Source: Octopus bimaculoides (taxonomy: Eukaryota). Taken from it: a stretch of 49,487 nt of DNA. The first letter of the stretch is position 1, and every line of letters begins with the position of its first letter. Where the stretch lies: NCBI RefSeq assembly GCF_001194135.2, contig NC_068998.1, forward strand, positions 17,640,290 to 17,689,776, given 5' to 3'. Made by a program: the position numbers and the translations under genes. Shown here in pieces: positions 1-11,617 of the stretch. The notes under the pieces were generated by a model. It was not told the origin of the DNA and searched no databases. It was given only the letters and a program-made list of their open reading frames with translations.

Positions 1-394
1 TATATATATATATAATTATTATTATTATTATTAATAATTTTATTATTATTATTATATTATATTATATATTATATATGCACCCTAAGGAAACCTACTGCTA
101 AAAAGATTTTGTTAGATTCTGTTGTGTTTTTTAACAAGTTTGATTAAAGAGATTAAAGCAATAGAGTGACTAAGGTTCAAATTAGTTTAAATCTTTATTC
201 TTTCTTTCTTAAAGAGTGTTAATTTGAAACTAGGATATCTGTGTATCTTGGTTGTTTCTGACATCGTGACCTCACAACACCACACGCAAGCTTCAAGCCA
301 ACGAGTCGCTCGATCTGATAGAAATAGCAACCAAATCGTCTTTATTTTACACTATATCGTAATAAAAGGGGTGGGTAAGGTCATCCCAGATATT

Positions 395-700
395 CTTAAA
401 GGGACAGTATAGTGTCAGCTGGAATACTGTTTATTGTAGGTCTGCCTAATCAACAACAACCAAAAGCAATTACTTATATAGAGAACCATATTTGAAGATA
501 TTAAATGGTCTGTTCAGTTTCGATCACAGATTTTTAAACTATTTTTTTAACTGAACAGCTTGAAACTTCGTATATTAGTGTAATTTCTCACGCTGAACAC
601 GGTTTACTTTCAACATTTTTGGCAAAATTTCGTATTTTAGAAGTTATTTCGTGTTAAAGTTATCGTATTTGGATAATTTTAACCAATGAACGACGTGTAT
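395..700 (+). mobile_element. Possible Kolobok-type DNA transposon end
   Basis: TTAA followed by AGGGACAG resembles Kolobok termini (TTAA TSD, RR start). No partner end was found. Confidence 0.25.
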
Positions 701-724
701 TCAGTTGAAGAAAGCTACTGCTGT

Positions 725-1380
725 TAGGTTTGTGATCGTACCAATTTTTTGCTCTGCCAAGTCCATACTTGTTGCAAAGAGTCCAATGAACAAGCTTGGC
801 TATATTGTCGTAGCGTCTCTTATATTCCTTCTGGGCTAGTGGCGTACATTGACTGGTAGTAGGCCATACGGTTTCGCCGTTTTGTCCACAGATTCTGCAC
901 TTATCAATTTTTGCTGTGTTGTTTTTCTGTATTTTCTGTAGTTTGTTCTTAGTGCTTGCTCTTGGGCAGCAGAGATTAGAGCCTCCGCTTCCGGTTTTAA
1001 ATCACTTTTAATCATCCACAGCCATCTTTTTTCTCTGTCTGTCTTATCTTCAACATCCCTATGAAATTGACCATGCGTTCTTTTCTTTACCCACCTATTT
1101 TCAGTTTCATTCGTTTTCAATTTCTTGTATAGCGCTTTATCTTTGCAATCTTTCATACTACACAAGCCTGACCTTCTTACCTCTAATAATAGCGGTTCTG
1201 TGGCATTTTTTACATCCCATGCTATGTTGTTTTCTTCTGCTGTAATGCTGTTCTTTCAACCAGCGTAGATAGCGCCATTCCAGCGAAGTGGAACAACTAG
1301 AGAAAAATGCGTCAAGGGTGTTGATCCTGCGACAGATTGTGTGATGCAATAAAATACCGTGGATAAGATTTCATCTAAAG
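725..1380 (-). mobile_element. R4/Dong-like RLE non-LTR retrotransposon fragment (post-RT region to CCHC knuckle), frameshifted
   Basis: ORF 836-1165 contains HGQFHR...WLWMIKSDLKPEAEALISAAQEQALRT, typical of the R4/Dong ORF C-terminal half. A shifted frame downstream reads like KRRHDNIAKLVHW. Confidence 0.75.
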
Positions 1381-1799
1381 TAACCCAGGATTTGGTTTAG
1401 AATCGTAGAGTACTGCAAATGGATTCACATATGCACACGAGACAGTCCAGCACGCCCCCATAATCATCAAAATATATTTTATTTATATATTTATATATCT
1501 CTTATACGTTGATGTACATGTCGCCTTTTCTTCAGAAGTAAGATGCGCCTTACTCAAGATTAGCAAAGGCATGCTGCAACGCGTCAGATGGAATCTCAAA
1601 AGAGAAAGGAGATGAGACTTTCCCAAGATCAGCAAATGCATGCTGCAGCGCTTAATGCTAGATCATTAAAACAACGTTTTAATGATTAGACAGAGGTCCA
1701 ATAGAAAAACTTTAAGAAACAGACTACGTACAAATTCGTTCCTCGCAACTTCTGGAGCTGCTTTCAGATATGATCCATCCCATTCTTATAAAAATGACA

Positions 1800-2150
1800 A
1801 TTTTGTTTAAATTGGTGTGCTAAACTCAAATTATCGTTTCTGGAAAGCTTTAAAATTTCATAATGAAACTAATGACATGTGCTGCTCAGGCCGTAAAGTA
1901 AGATTGTCAGCACTACCAGCTCCTCCTCAACCTCTTATGGATCTTCTGGAAGGCACTTCCATCCAGTCAAAAGATTTTCTGAGCAATATCAGACAATACA
2001 ACTCTGCATTTCAAATAACATCCTTTGGTGCATCTAAGGATGTAGCTGAACATGGATTTACGCCGACGTTCAAAGTTCAAGGGCAAGTCTATCACTTCAT
2101 TGGTTCCATGTTACCCACAAAGGAACAATCATAGTTCCTCAAATTTAATT
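1800..2150 (+). mobile_element. Helitron RepHel N-terminal fragment
   Basis: MCCSGRKVRL..LP.PP..L..LL.G.....FL.NIRQYNSAFQITSFGA...GFTPTFKVQGQVYHFIGSMLP is the conserved segment upstream of the Helitron Rep domain. It ends in a premature stop. Confidence 0.85.
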
Positions 2151-2883
2151 TATGATTGATGTAGGACAACAAACCCGAAGGAGGTGTCAAACCGTCAGAT
2201 GATGGATCGTGTTAGACGCAACGCCGACTGCCGCAAGGGGAGTATATCCACTGACAGTTTTTCGGTGCGTTCAAAAATCACATACCCCACACCGCACTCT
2301 ACCCCACCCAATTTTCCATGCCAGGTTAGGATATTAAAATAAAATCGCTAACGTTGACTTTTTTTCAAGAACCGCTGCTGTAGTCTAAAATTCAGATGAG
2401 GAAGGATCGCCTATCCAATGTGCATACTGATGTAAACATTGGCAGAAACACACCTTTAGTGCATATAAGTGATATCTATCATTATATATAATTTAAACAT
2501 TAATTTTCTTCTTACATTTCACATTCACTAGATATATCTTTTCCCAAGTCTATAGGGTTTTATTTAATTTACATATCGTTATATACCTCTCATTTATTTT
2601 GTTTTTTTCTTTCTTTTACCCCTCCTCTTTCTATAGGCTACCTTTGACGTTATATCCTCTAACTTTTTTTTTTAAACAAACTTAATAGCGTTCAGTTAAT
2701 CTTTATACATATCCATCATTTTCTGTTAGAATGTCTTATTGATGAGTTTCATTTCTTCATTTCCCTGAAGAGAAAATTACATTGTTTTACACCATTTTAT
2801 TCCTTTGGAATAATACCAGTGATATCTTCGAAATATGTGTCGGAAGTAAAAGAATTTGAATAACACCTGCGTTTAACTCCATT

Positions 2884-2884
<1 letters not shown>

Positions 2885-2938
<54 letters not shown>

Positions 2939-3001
2939 TTATATATACGCAGACACGCATATACACACACACACACACACACACACATATAAATATGCAT
3001 G

Positions 3002-3038
<37 letters not shown>

Positions 3039-3170
3039 GAGGGGACTATCTCCTTCATTGTGCGTCCTCCTCCCCGATAGTTCGAAGGCTCTCTTTCTCT
3101 TTCTTTCTCTCTCTCTCTCTATCTCTCTTTCTCTCTCTCTCTCACTTATAGACACACCTAATACGGGCAT
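2885..3170. repeat. Compound microsatellite (TG)n/(TA)n/(CA)n/(CT)n
   Basis: Seen directly. It explains several spurious ORFs in the track. Many similar tracts occur across the window. Confidence 0.95.
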
Positions 3171-3911
3171 ACAATCACTCACATAAAGCACGTACATTTC
3201 ATCTTTTTTCTTTCACTCTTTCCATCTCTAACATACTCACAAGCACACACACACAAACGCACACAGACTACCGCATGCACACACATAAGCACACACGCGC
3301 GCGCGCACACACACATACAACAATCTGTTCTCAATCTCACCCACGCATATTAAAGTTAAGCAGCTTGCAGTAAAGGTGAAGGTTAGTCTTTAATCTATTC
3401 GTACAGTTTTGCCTAAGTCAGAGTGCTTTGTGATGTTATTGTTTAACCAGAGGTCATCCCACATCGAACAGGACTGTAATCAATTATAGGCATGGCAATG
3501 TGAATTCACGTCTCTCCAGCAGTATATAGGGTTAATCTATATTAGACTTCTCCTACCTTTTTTTTTTTTTCATTTTATTAAGATAGTCGCTATGATTCGA
3601 TGGTCATTTAGCTGCTTTTTCTAGAGTGTCGAAATACTAAGTATAACAGCGGTTCTGAACCACAGCTCCCAGGGCCGCATGTGGCTTTCAAGCATCCTTC
3701 CGACAGCCCCCAATGGTCTTCCCTTCATAGACATACTTTATTTTTTTAATTGATATATCTCACGTTTTATGGTGCGCCCCTAAAAAATCCTGCATNNNNN
3801 NNNNNNNNNNNNNNNNNNNNNNNNNNNNNNNNNNNNNNNNNNNNNNNNNNNNNNNNNNNNNNNNNNNNNNNNNNNNNNNNNNNNNNNNNNNNNNNNNNNN
3901 NNNNNNNNNNN

Positions 3912-3951
<40 letters not shown>

Positions 3952-4596
3952 GTGTGTGTGTGTGTGTTCATTGAATGGTAAATGTATATTATTGACAATC
4001 TCCTCCGGCTATAAAATACCTGTCTTTTATTTCTATTGAACCATATATACAAGGTCGTTACAAGATCAGTTGTTTTCAGTTTGATTTGTATCAATCATTA
4101 TAGCAATCCAGAAGAGTAAATATCCTCAACTTATCCTTACTTAAGTTGAAAATATCGTGAAGCATGAAGCGCAAAACAAAATACAAATATTCAATGAATT
4201 GACATTTGCGTTTGTAGCTACCATCTTGTCAGTTAACAAATCATCTGCCTCCACCACGTTAATTACGAAACCTTAATTATGAAAATCCGTGACTTTCTAT
4301 GAAAATGAACCGTTAAATCCTTCAAATCATTTTCCTCTTTCTTTGGCAATTGCCAACAATTGATTCTAGGTTTTTGCTTCCTTTATTATCTCTCTCTATA
4401 TAAAATTCTTTGTCTATCTGTCCTCTATGCATTCTCAAACGTCTCCACCAAATCAAATCATATTTTACAAGGTAATAGTTATTAGACCCCGCGAGTGTCA
4501 ACATGTAATTTTTATTTTCATTTGGATTAAAACAATATGACACTTTCTCGATCGAAAATAATCTTTCAATAGTCAACTATAGTAAAATGATATCTT

Positions 4597-4792
4597 AAAC
4601 CACGACGACGGTGTCACATTTTGTATATGAGTGTGTATGTGTCTGTGAGTGTGTGTCTGTGAGTGTGTGTCTGTTGCGCGTCCGTTACGTACGACAAAGT
4701 AAATGACATTTTATACCACGACGACGGTGTTACATTTTGTATATGAATGTGTATGTGTCTGTGAGTGTGTATGTGTCTGTGAGTGTGTGTCT
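4597..4792. repeat. Local tandem duplication, about 117-bp period, two copies
   Basis: ACCACGACGACGGTGT(C/T)ACATTTTGTATATG followed by GTGTGT-rich sequence occurs at about 4598 and about 4715. Confidence 0.8.
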
Positions 4793-5641
4793 TGACTATT
4801 AATTCTGCCATGAAGGGAAACCATCGGGCTGGCGGATTTCCGAGATCTGGGCTATCCCCCAGATCACCACAGATCCCCCTCCATGTTTAACAGTTGGAAG
4901 GAGGCAGTCTAGGTCAAATGCTTCTTTTGGCTGCCATACGAGCACCAGCTATTTGACCTGTTTGAAAGACCAATAGATCTGTCATTTTAATGAATTTTAG
5001 TTACCTTTTTCTGATGATATCTGAAAAGAAACATCAATTTTAGCAGAACATATTATGCAACACTAATAATAAATCAAAAGACATAAAAATAAACAAGCTT
5101 TTCACGGTTTTATAGATATTTCAAAATTATGATGCTATGATGTTAGGTNNNNNNNNNNNNNNNNNNNNNNNNNNNNNNNNNNNNNNNNNNNNNNNNNNNN
5201 NNNNNNNNNNNNNNNNNNNNNNNNNNNNNNNNNNNNNNNNNNNNNNNNNNNNNNNNNNNNNNNNNNNNNNNNNNNNNNNNNNNNNNNNNNNNNNNNNNNN
5301 NNNNNNNNNNNNNNNNNNNNNNNNNNNNNNNNNNNNNNNNNNNNNNNNNNNNNNNNNNNNNNNNNNNNNNNNNNNNNNNNNNNNNNNNNNNNNNNNNNNN
5401 NNNNNNNNNNNNNNNNNNNNNNNNNNNNNNNNNNNNNNNNNNNNNNNNNNNNNNNNNNNNNNNNNNNNNNNNNNNNNNNNNNNNNNNNNNNNNNNNNNNN
5501 NNNNNNNNNNNNNNNNNNNNNNNNNNNNNNNNNNNNNNNNNNNNNNNNNNNNNNNNNNNNNNNNNNNNNNNNNNNNNNNNNNNNNNNNNNNNNNNNTGTG
5601 TGTGTGTGTGTGTGTGTAAATTGATCACTCTTAGTCTTGTC

Positions 5642-5650
5642 AGTCATGTG
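5642..5650 (+). promoter_or_regulatory. Distal M-box-like site AGTCATGTG
   Basis: Exact match to the first 9 nt of the M-box, about 1.5 kb upstream of the ATG. A single site could occur by chance. Confidence 0.3.
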
Positions 5651-5682
5651 TCAAATATGCTTCGCTAAGAAGGTCTAATCTT

Positions 5683-5890
5683 TTCTATTCTAGGCACAAG
5701 GCCCGAAATTGTGGCGGAGGGGGGAGGCACTCGATTAGATCGACTCCAGTGCGCAAATAGTACTTAATTTATCGACCCCGAAAGGATGAAAGGCAAAGTC
5801 GACCTCGGCGGAATTTGAACTCAGGACGTAATGACAGGCGAAATACCACCTAAGCATTTAGCCCGGCGTGCTTAACGTTTCTGCCAGCTC
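5683..5890 (-). mobile_element. tRNA-derived SINE, family A
   Basis: Reverse complement of the GGCGAGCTGGCAGAA...GAGTTCAAATTCCGCCGAGGTCGACTTTGCCTTTCATCCTTTCGGGGTCGATAAA unit, which recurs more than 15 times. A-box and B-box-like motifs in the head. Confidence 0.9.
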
Positions 5891-6739
5891 AAAGGTCTCA
5901 TAAGACCGAAATGTATCCATACAATCGTAGGCTATAAAGAGCAAACCCATTGTAGTCTATATTGCTAAAAACTTCCAATAAACATAATATTGGAGTTATC
6001 TCACTAGTTTGTTGATTTCAAAATTTTGGATAGGAAGTTTTTGTTTACTAATTGCATAGATAATCTCAGTCCATCGACATTTCACCCTACATGTGTCTGT
6101 ATTTCCGGGGTTTAAATTTGCACCGTAATACGCTTGCGCAACATACAAACACAGGTACAAACGTACATAAATATTCCCAGATAGACGTAACCACAATGTT
6201 GATTCAAAAAGTGAAAAAAAAAAGTATGTGAATGAACTTTCTATACGACCATAATCCCATTTAGTTGCATAATCACAATTAAACATACATATTCATATTA
6301 TATACATACATACCTGCATTAAAAAAAACGTACAAACACGCATATACAGAGACAGAGAGAGAGTGAGAGAAAGAGAAAGAGGATGGGGAGAGGGAGAAAG
6401 AGGATGGGGAGAGGGAGAAAGAGAGACAAAGAGGGGAAAGAGAACAAAAATACAATTTCTTTAAACATTCAAATAGTAAATTACTTCAATTTGTGATATT
6501 ATATTTGTTTGGTGATGAGCTATTGTAAGAGTGTGACCATGTGCGCAATTGTGTGTGTGTGTGAGAGAGAGAGAGGGGGGGGGAGAGAGAGAGAGGAGAG
6601 AGAGAGGGGAGAGGGAGAGAGGGGGAGAGAGAGTGTGTGTCGGTGCGTGCATGCATGTGTGTGTGCGTCGATGTGTATGTGTGTTTTAGATGAATACGTT
6701 TTCAGATAAAGTGGAGGTGGAGTCTGATTCGTCTCCTAT

Positions 6740-6895
6740 GTCACGTAGCTGTTTAAAGCTTCGGAATTCGTCATGTGCTTACGTACATCAGTCACGAGGA
6801 CATGCTGAAAAAAAGAAGCGAGGGTTAAATATTAAAAAGAAAAAAAATAAGCAAATAGGTGAAAAACAATGTATTACAGAGGTGGGTCACGTGAG
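6740..6895 (+). promoter_or_regulatory. Cluster of MITF/TFE-type E-boxes including a near-perfect M-box
   Basis: CGTCATGTGCT at 6769-6779 (10/11 match to the M-box AGTCATGTGCT). GTCACGTGAG at 6886-6895 (palindromic TCACGTGA). One-mismatch sites GTCACGTA at 6740 and GTCACGAG at 6791. All lie 250-410 bp upstream of the ATG. Function is inferred from the motifs only. Confidence 0.55.
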
Positions 6896-6940
6896 TAATT
6901 ATTAGCCGGTAATCCAGTCGCCATTAACCCAGCGTCGACT

Positions 6941-6970
6941 TAATATATGGTGCATGTGGTCCGGTCAGTC
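6941..6970 (+). promoter_or_regulatory. Possible core promoter (TATA-like element plus initiator)
   Basis: TAATATAT at 6941 and TCAGTC (TCAKTY-type Inr) at 6965-6970, about 26 bp apart. They lie between the E-box cluster and the ATG. Short motifs in AT-rich DNA, so weak evidence. Confidence 0.3.
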
Positions 6971-7145
6971 ACAGTAAAACAGTTGTACGTTACGGAACTC
7001 TGAAGGATCTTAATGGCTTGCTAACAGTAACAAACGCAGGAGAGCGAAAATACATAGAAACTTGTTAAAACAAAGTTTTTTGCCTTTTCTTTTTTTTTAC
7101 ATTTTCACCTTAATCAAAAAAATATATTTGAATATATTTACGAAT

Positions 7146-7293
7146 ATGCATCGCTATTTGGCTATGGATATTCCTCAAACATTTTCATGTTTTCTTTTCT
7201 TCACATTATTGCCCTCAATTTCTGCACAGTTTCCAAGAGTATGTGCGGAAAATGCCACCACTCCTGATGGAATTTGTTGTCCAACAAGACCAG
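7146..7293 (+). CDS. Exon 1 of membrane-bound tyrosinase/TRP family gene (signal peptide and start of Cys-rich domain)
   Basis: Translates MHRYLAMDIPQTFSCFLFFTLLPSISA-QFPRVCAENATTPDGICCPTRP. A hydrophobic signal peptide is followed by the QFPRxC...CCP N-terminus typical of TYRP1/DCT. Donor CAG|GTAAAA at 7294, phase 1. The alternative start ATG at 7164 is equally plausible. Confidence 0.9.
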
Positions 7294-7944
7294 GTAAAAC
7301 CCCCTCTTTCTTTTCCGTTTTCTATTTCTGGTATAAACTTTCTTTCAAGCATCTTTACTTTTATGTTTCTTGTGAAATGTTTCCCCTATTCTGGCACAAA
7401 AAAGAACCCAACTTATCTATCATTTAACAAAAACAGTCATCGACTTAGCATCTTGCTAAGCTATTTCTTTCTTTTTATATGAGTAGCAATGTGCGTCACA
7501 GTATTTACTTCCGTCTCTTCTTCCCCTTCTAGTTCAAATTTCATTATTATCTTCTGTTATTACATTCTTCTTGGGTCAATAAGGTAAGTACGAATATGGT
7601 AGCGGGACCGATGGACTGTAAGAAATTCAGTATTTGCGTATAATTCACCTTCTACAAATGATGGCCTTGTGTCTCGTCAAAATAAATCAATAGGACTTAT
7701 AGATATGGTTGCATTTATAGCAATACTGATAGTCTTAAACAGTTCGTTAATAACGGATAAGCAAAACATTTGAAATATGTGTCAATTTTTCCGTGAACTA
7801 TGTTAGTTTAAGTGAATTTAAATAAGATTTTTAATTTCGATTATAACTTCGATAGTTATCCCTCGTCCAAACTTCAAAGTTTTCTAAATTTGGCAAGACG
7901 ATATTGATGAAGGCGATAATAATGATAATAATAATAATAATAAT

Positions 7945-8157
7945 CCTTTCTACTATAGGCATAAGGCCTGAAATTTGAGGAAAGGGATTAAGTCGGTTAC
8001 ATCGACCTCAGTGCGTAACTGGTACTTTATCTAATCGACTCTGAAAGGATGAACGGCAAAGTTGAACTCGGCAGAATTTGAACACAGAACGTAGCGACAG
8101 ACGAAATACCGCTAAGCATTTCGCCCTGCGTGCTAACGATTCTGCCAGCTCGCCACC
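7945..8157 (-). mobile_element. SINE family A
   Basis: Full-length reverse copy, with an (ATT)n tail at about 7920-7944. Confidence 0.9.
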
Positions 8158-8262
8158 TTATGATGATGATGATGATGATGATAATAATAATAATAGTTGT
8201 TGTTGCTACAGCTGCTGTTGTTGTTGTTGTTGTTGTTGTCAAAGAGACAAACTACTGTTGGA

Positions 8263-8443
8263 AAAAATGCTTAGTGGCATTTTTTTTCAGGTTCATTACA
8301 TTTGAGATTCAAATCTCACCGAAATAAACTTTACCTTATGTCCTTTCGGGATGGATAAAATAAAGTACCAGTCAAGTACTGGGGTCGATGTAATCGACTT
8401 CCCAGCACCACGCTTTCCTCAAAATTGCTGGCCTTGAGCCAAA

Positions 8444-8445
<2 letters not shown>
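8263..8445 (+). mobile_element. SINE family A, 5'-truncated
   Basis: AAAATGCTTAGTGGCATT...GAGATTCAAATCTC...GGGGTCGATGTAATCGACT...GGCCTTGAGCCAAAA, followed by an (AAT)n tract. Confidence 0.85.
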
Positions 8446-8478
<33 letters not shown>

Positions 8479-8511
8479 TAATGATATTATTATTATTATT
8501 ATTATTAGTTC

Positions 8512-8543
<32 letters not shown>

Positions 8544-9181
8544 TAAATCTTCAGTATTAATACTTTTGTTATTAAAGATACGTTGTTGTTGACGACGCCA
8601 TGTACATCCATCTTGCTTGTTTTGAGGGTAAAAAAAGGCGGGTGTGCAACATTTTATCATTCATGTTAATTGAACTTTTCCATTTATTGAACTCAACTCT
8701 CCACGATTTCCTCATATGAAGAAATCGAAAAATATATCAATAACAATTTTTATTTTTTTATTTTTTTAATACTAACTGTGTCTTTCCTTTTTTTTTTTTT
8801 TTTTTTTTTTTGTCCTTTTAATTTAGACTAATTAGAACCATGATGTCGTTAGCTTTCGCGCAGCTGAAATCATATTCCTTTTATCAGTAGGACTGCGGAC
8901 GGCAAAACTAGTAACGACTCGGACTTAAATGTTGTGAAGCATTTAGTTATGTCTCTTTAAGTTCTGGCTTCAAATCTCCGAAACCTGTCTGGGTCTTTCT
9001 TCTCTTCGGGATTGACATAACTAAAAGCAGTTTTGTACTGGTGTCAGTGTAATTGTGTGTACTCTTCCGCCAAATTGTGTGGTTTGTGTCCAAGTTTGAA
9101 ATTATAATTTCTGTATTTAACCTAATTCACATTATCTGCAATGCCATTATCGTATCTTAGTGCCTTCCTATATATATACAC

Positions 9182-9213
<32 letters not shown>

Positions 9214-9832
9214 NNNNNNNNNNNNNNNNNNNNNNNNNNNNNNNNNNNNNNNNNNNNNNNNNNNNNNNNNNNNNNNNNNNNNNNNNNNNNNNNNNNNNNN
9301 NNNNNNNNNNNNNNNNNNNNNNNNNNNNNNNNNNNNNNNNNNNNNNNNNNNNNNNNNNNNNNNNNNNNNNNNNNNNNNNNNNNNNNNNNNNNNNNNNNNN
9401 NNNNNNNNNNNNNNNNNNNNNNNNNNNNNNNNNNNNNNNNNNNNNNNNNNNNNNNNNNNNNNNNNNNNNNNNNNNNNNNNNNNNNNNNNNNNNNNNNNNN
9501 NNNNNNNNNNNNNNNNNNNNNNNNNNNNNNNNNNNNNNNNNNNNNNNNNNNNNNNNNNNNNNNNNNNNNNNNNNNNNNNNNNNNNNNNNNNNNNNNNNNN
9601 NNNNNNNNNNNNNNNNNNNNNNNNNNNNNNNNNNNNNNNNNNNNNNNNNNNNNNNNNNNNNNNNNNNNNNNNNNNNNNNNNNNNNNNNNNNNNNNNNNNN
9701 NNNNNNNNNNNNNNNNNNNNNNNNNNNNNNNNNNNNNNNNNNNNNNNNNNNNNNNNNNNNNNNNNNNNNNNNNNNNNNNNNNNNNNNNNNNNNNNNNNNN
9801 NNNNNNNNNNNNTGTGTGTGTGTGTGTGTGTA

Positions 9833-10583
9833 TAAGCTTTTGAACAAACTCGAGCATCTCCTCCAACCAAACATGCTTTGGTTTTTCTGAGACGAGAAAA
9901 ATTTCTATCAAGATCAGATGCTGAACACACAGAACAATCGTTGGCTTGCCGTGTCCCCAAAACATATACCGAAAGTGATAAAAATAAAACACCCAGTCAA
10001 CCTCAGGGTGTTCGGAGTGATCACTAGTGATGGCGGCGTTATGCCTCCATTCATCTTCCCACACAGCCTCAGACTCAACACGGAGGCCTACATCAAGTGC
10101 CTGGAGGAGATAGTGCTACCCTGAGTCAAGAGGGTGGCTGCTGGATGACCCTATGTCTGGCAACAAGACTCTGCATCATGCTATACAAGCAGGGAAACCC
10201 AGTCATGCTGTCAGACAATTTCTGCGACCACATCACTTCTAATATCTGGCCACCTAACTCCCCCACACTGCAATCCACTTGATTATTATGTGTAGTTGAG
10301 CGAGAGACCAACGAAACTCCTTGTAACACCAAAGATGAACTGAAGGCAAGGATTATGGCAGCATTCACCAACTTAAACAAGGAGACTGTCCGGAAGTGTT
10401 GCACGAGATTCCTAAGTCGTCTTGAGGCTGTGGTTGAAGCCAATGGCGATTTTATTGAATAGGTCTACTCTCTAGTATTTGAAGATATTTTATGTAATTC
10501 GGGTAAATATATCTGTTAAAATGAGATGTTAGTGCTAACTTCATTCTTGTGTAATTTAGACGACAATTTATTCACTACTTACG
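9833..10583 (+). mobile_element. maT (DD37D) Tc1/mariner transposon, 3' half, decayed
   Basis: KHP..LRVFGVITSDG.VMPPFIF, WQQDSA and WPPNSP..(PL)DYY. Restoring the frameshifts gives 37 residues between the last two Asp. The ORF ends LEAVVEANGDFIE*. A TIR-like end GACAATTTATTCAC is followed by TA. Confidence 0.85.
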
Positions 10584-10601
10584 TATATATATATGTATTC
10601 A

Positions 10602-10855
10602 ATGAGGGAGTGATGAAAAGTTCCTGGCTTAAAGAGTATCACGGAAGGCCTGACTGGAGACCCAACCTTCCGGGTTCTTTTACAGGGCTTAGAAAAACTG
10701 AAGGACCGCTGCAATAAGTGTATCAATCTGAGAGGGGTTTATTCTTTTATTCTTTTACTTGTTTCAGTCATTTGATTGCGGCCATACTGGAGCACCACGT
10801 TGAATAAATTCATAATTAACTGATCATCTTGTGTTTTCTTTTACCTAAAAGGAAC
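10602..10855. mobile_element. Mariner-derived MITE (same family as 40026-40192) with a nested SINE tail fragment
   Basis: GAGGGAGTGATGAAAAGTTCCTGGCTT at the left end. Internal sequence is shared with 40026-40192. Interrupted at about 10741-10798 by the reverse 3' end of SINE family B. Confidence 0.65.
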
Positions 10856-11399
10856 TCATTGAAAATCGCTGGTATAAACTCTAAGCTGTGCAGCTTACTG
10901 TTGTATAAAACGTTTGCATAACTTCATTGAATATCTTACCGTTGTATAACTTATGGTATAACTTATTGTCGTTTAGCTCCAGTTCGACTGTAATCAAACA
11001 GACTTATGATCAAAGACAATCTAACCATGACCGTCCTGTTCTTATAAAGTGTATACAACTACAATATTTAATGTGTCCTTCCATTTTTTTATCAATGGTA
11101 GGGTGTGTGATCTTTTTCAGAGAGATTTCACAGCCATTTTAGTAGGTCGAGTGACTGCATAACCTCCTGGTGCTTGGTTTATCGTTGTGTTCCTCTAAAT
11201 AGGTTTCGAGGGATCTCAGGATTCCGTGAAAAAAAGATCCTGGTCTCCCACAAGATAAAGTGGTATTTAATGAAATTTAACAAAAAATTATTTTATAAAA
11301 CGAATGTTACTCATTTACAAAATCAAGGTTATATTCATTTATTTTTACGAATAAATTGTATCGTTAAAACAATTTTTATTATATTTAATGTTCTTATTT

Positions 11400-11617
11400 T
11401 TTTATTGCCCACAAGGGGCTAAACATATAGGAGACAGACAAGGACAGACAAACGGATTACATCGACCCCAGTGCGTAACTGGTACTTAATTTATCGACCT
11501 CGAAAGGATGAAAGGCAAAGTCGACCTCGGCGGAATTTGAACTCAAAACGTAGTTGGAGACGAAATACCACTAAGCATTTCGCCCGGCGCGCTAATGTTT
11601 CTGCCAGCTCGCCGCCT
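11400..11617 (-). mobile_element. SINE family A with alternative tail (..TTTAGCCCCTTGTGGGCAATAAA)
   Basis: Full-length reverse copy. The tail matches the copies at 15143 and 45310. Confidence 0.9.

Noticed and set aside
4838-4960. Two short perfect 8-bp hairpins (GATCTGGG/CCCAGATC and GGTCAAAT/ATTTGACC)
   Set aside because: No RNA family motif was recognised. Isolated 8-bp stems are expected at some rate in 49 kb.
7062-7145. N-terminal extension of the exon 1 ORF
   Set aside because: It starts at TTG, not ATG, and is low complexity. The signal peptide only makes sense from 7146 or 7164.
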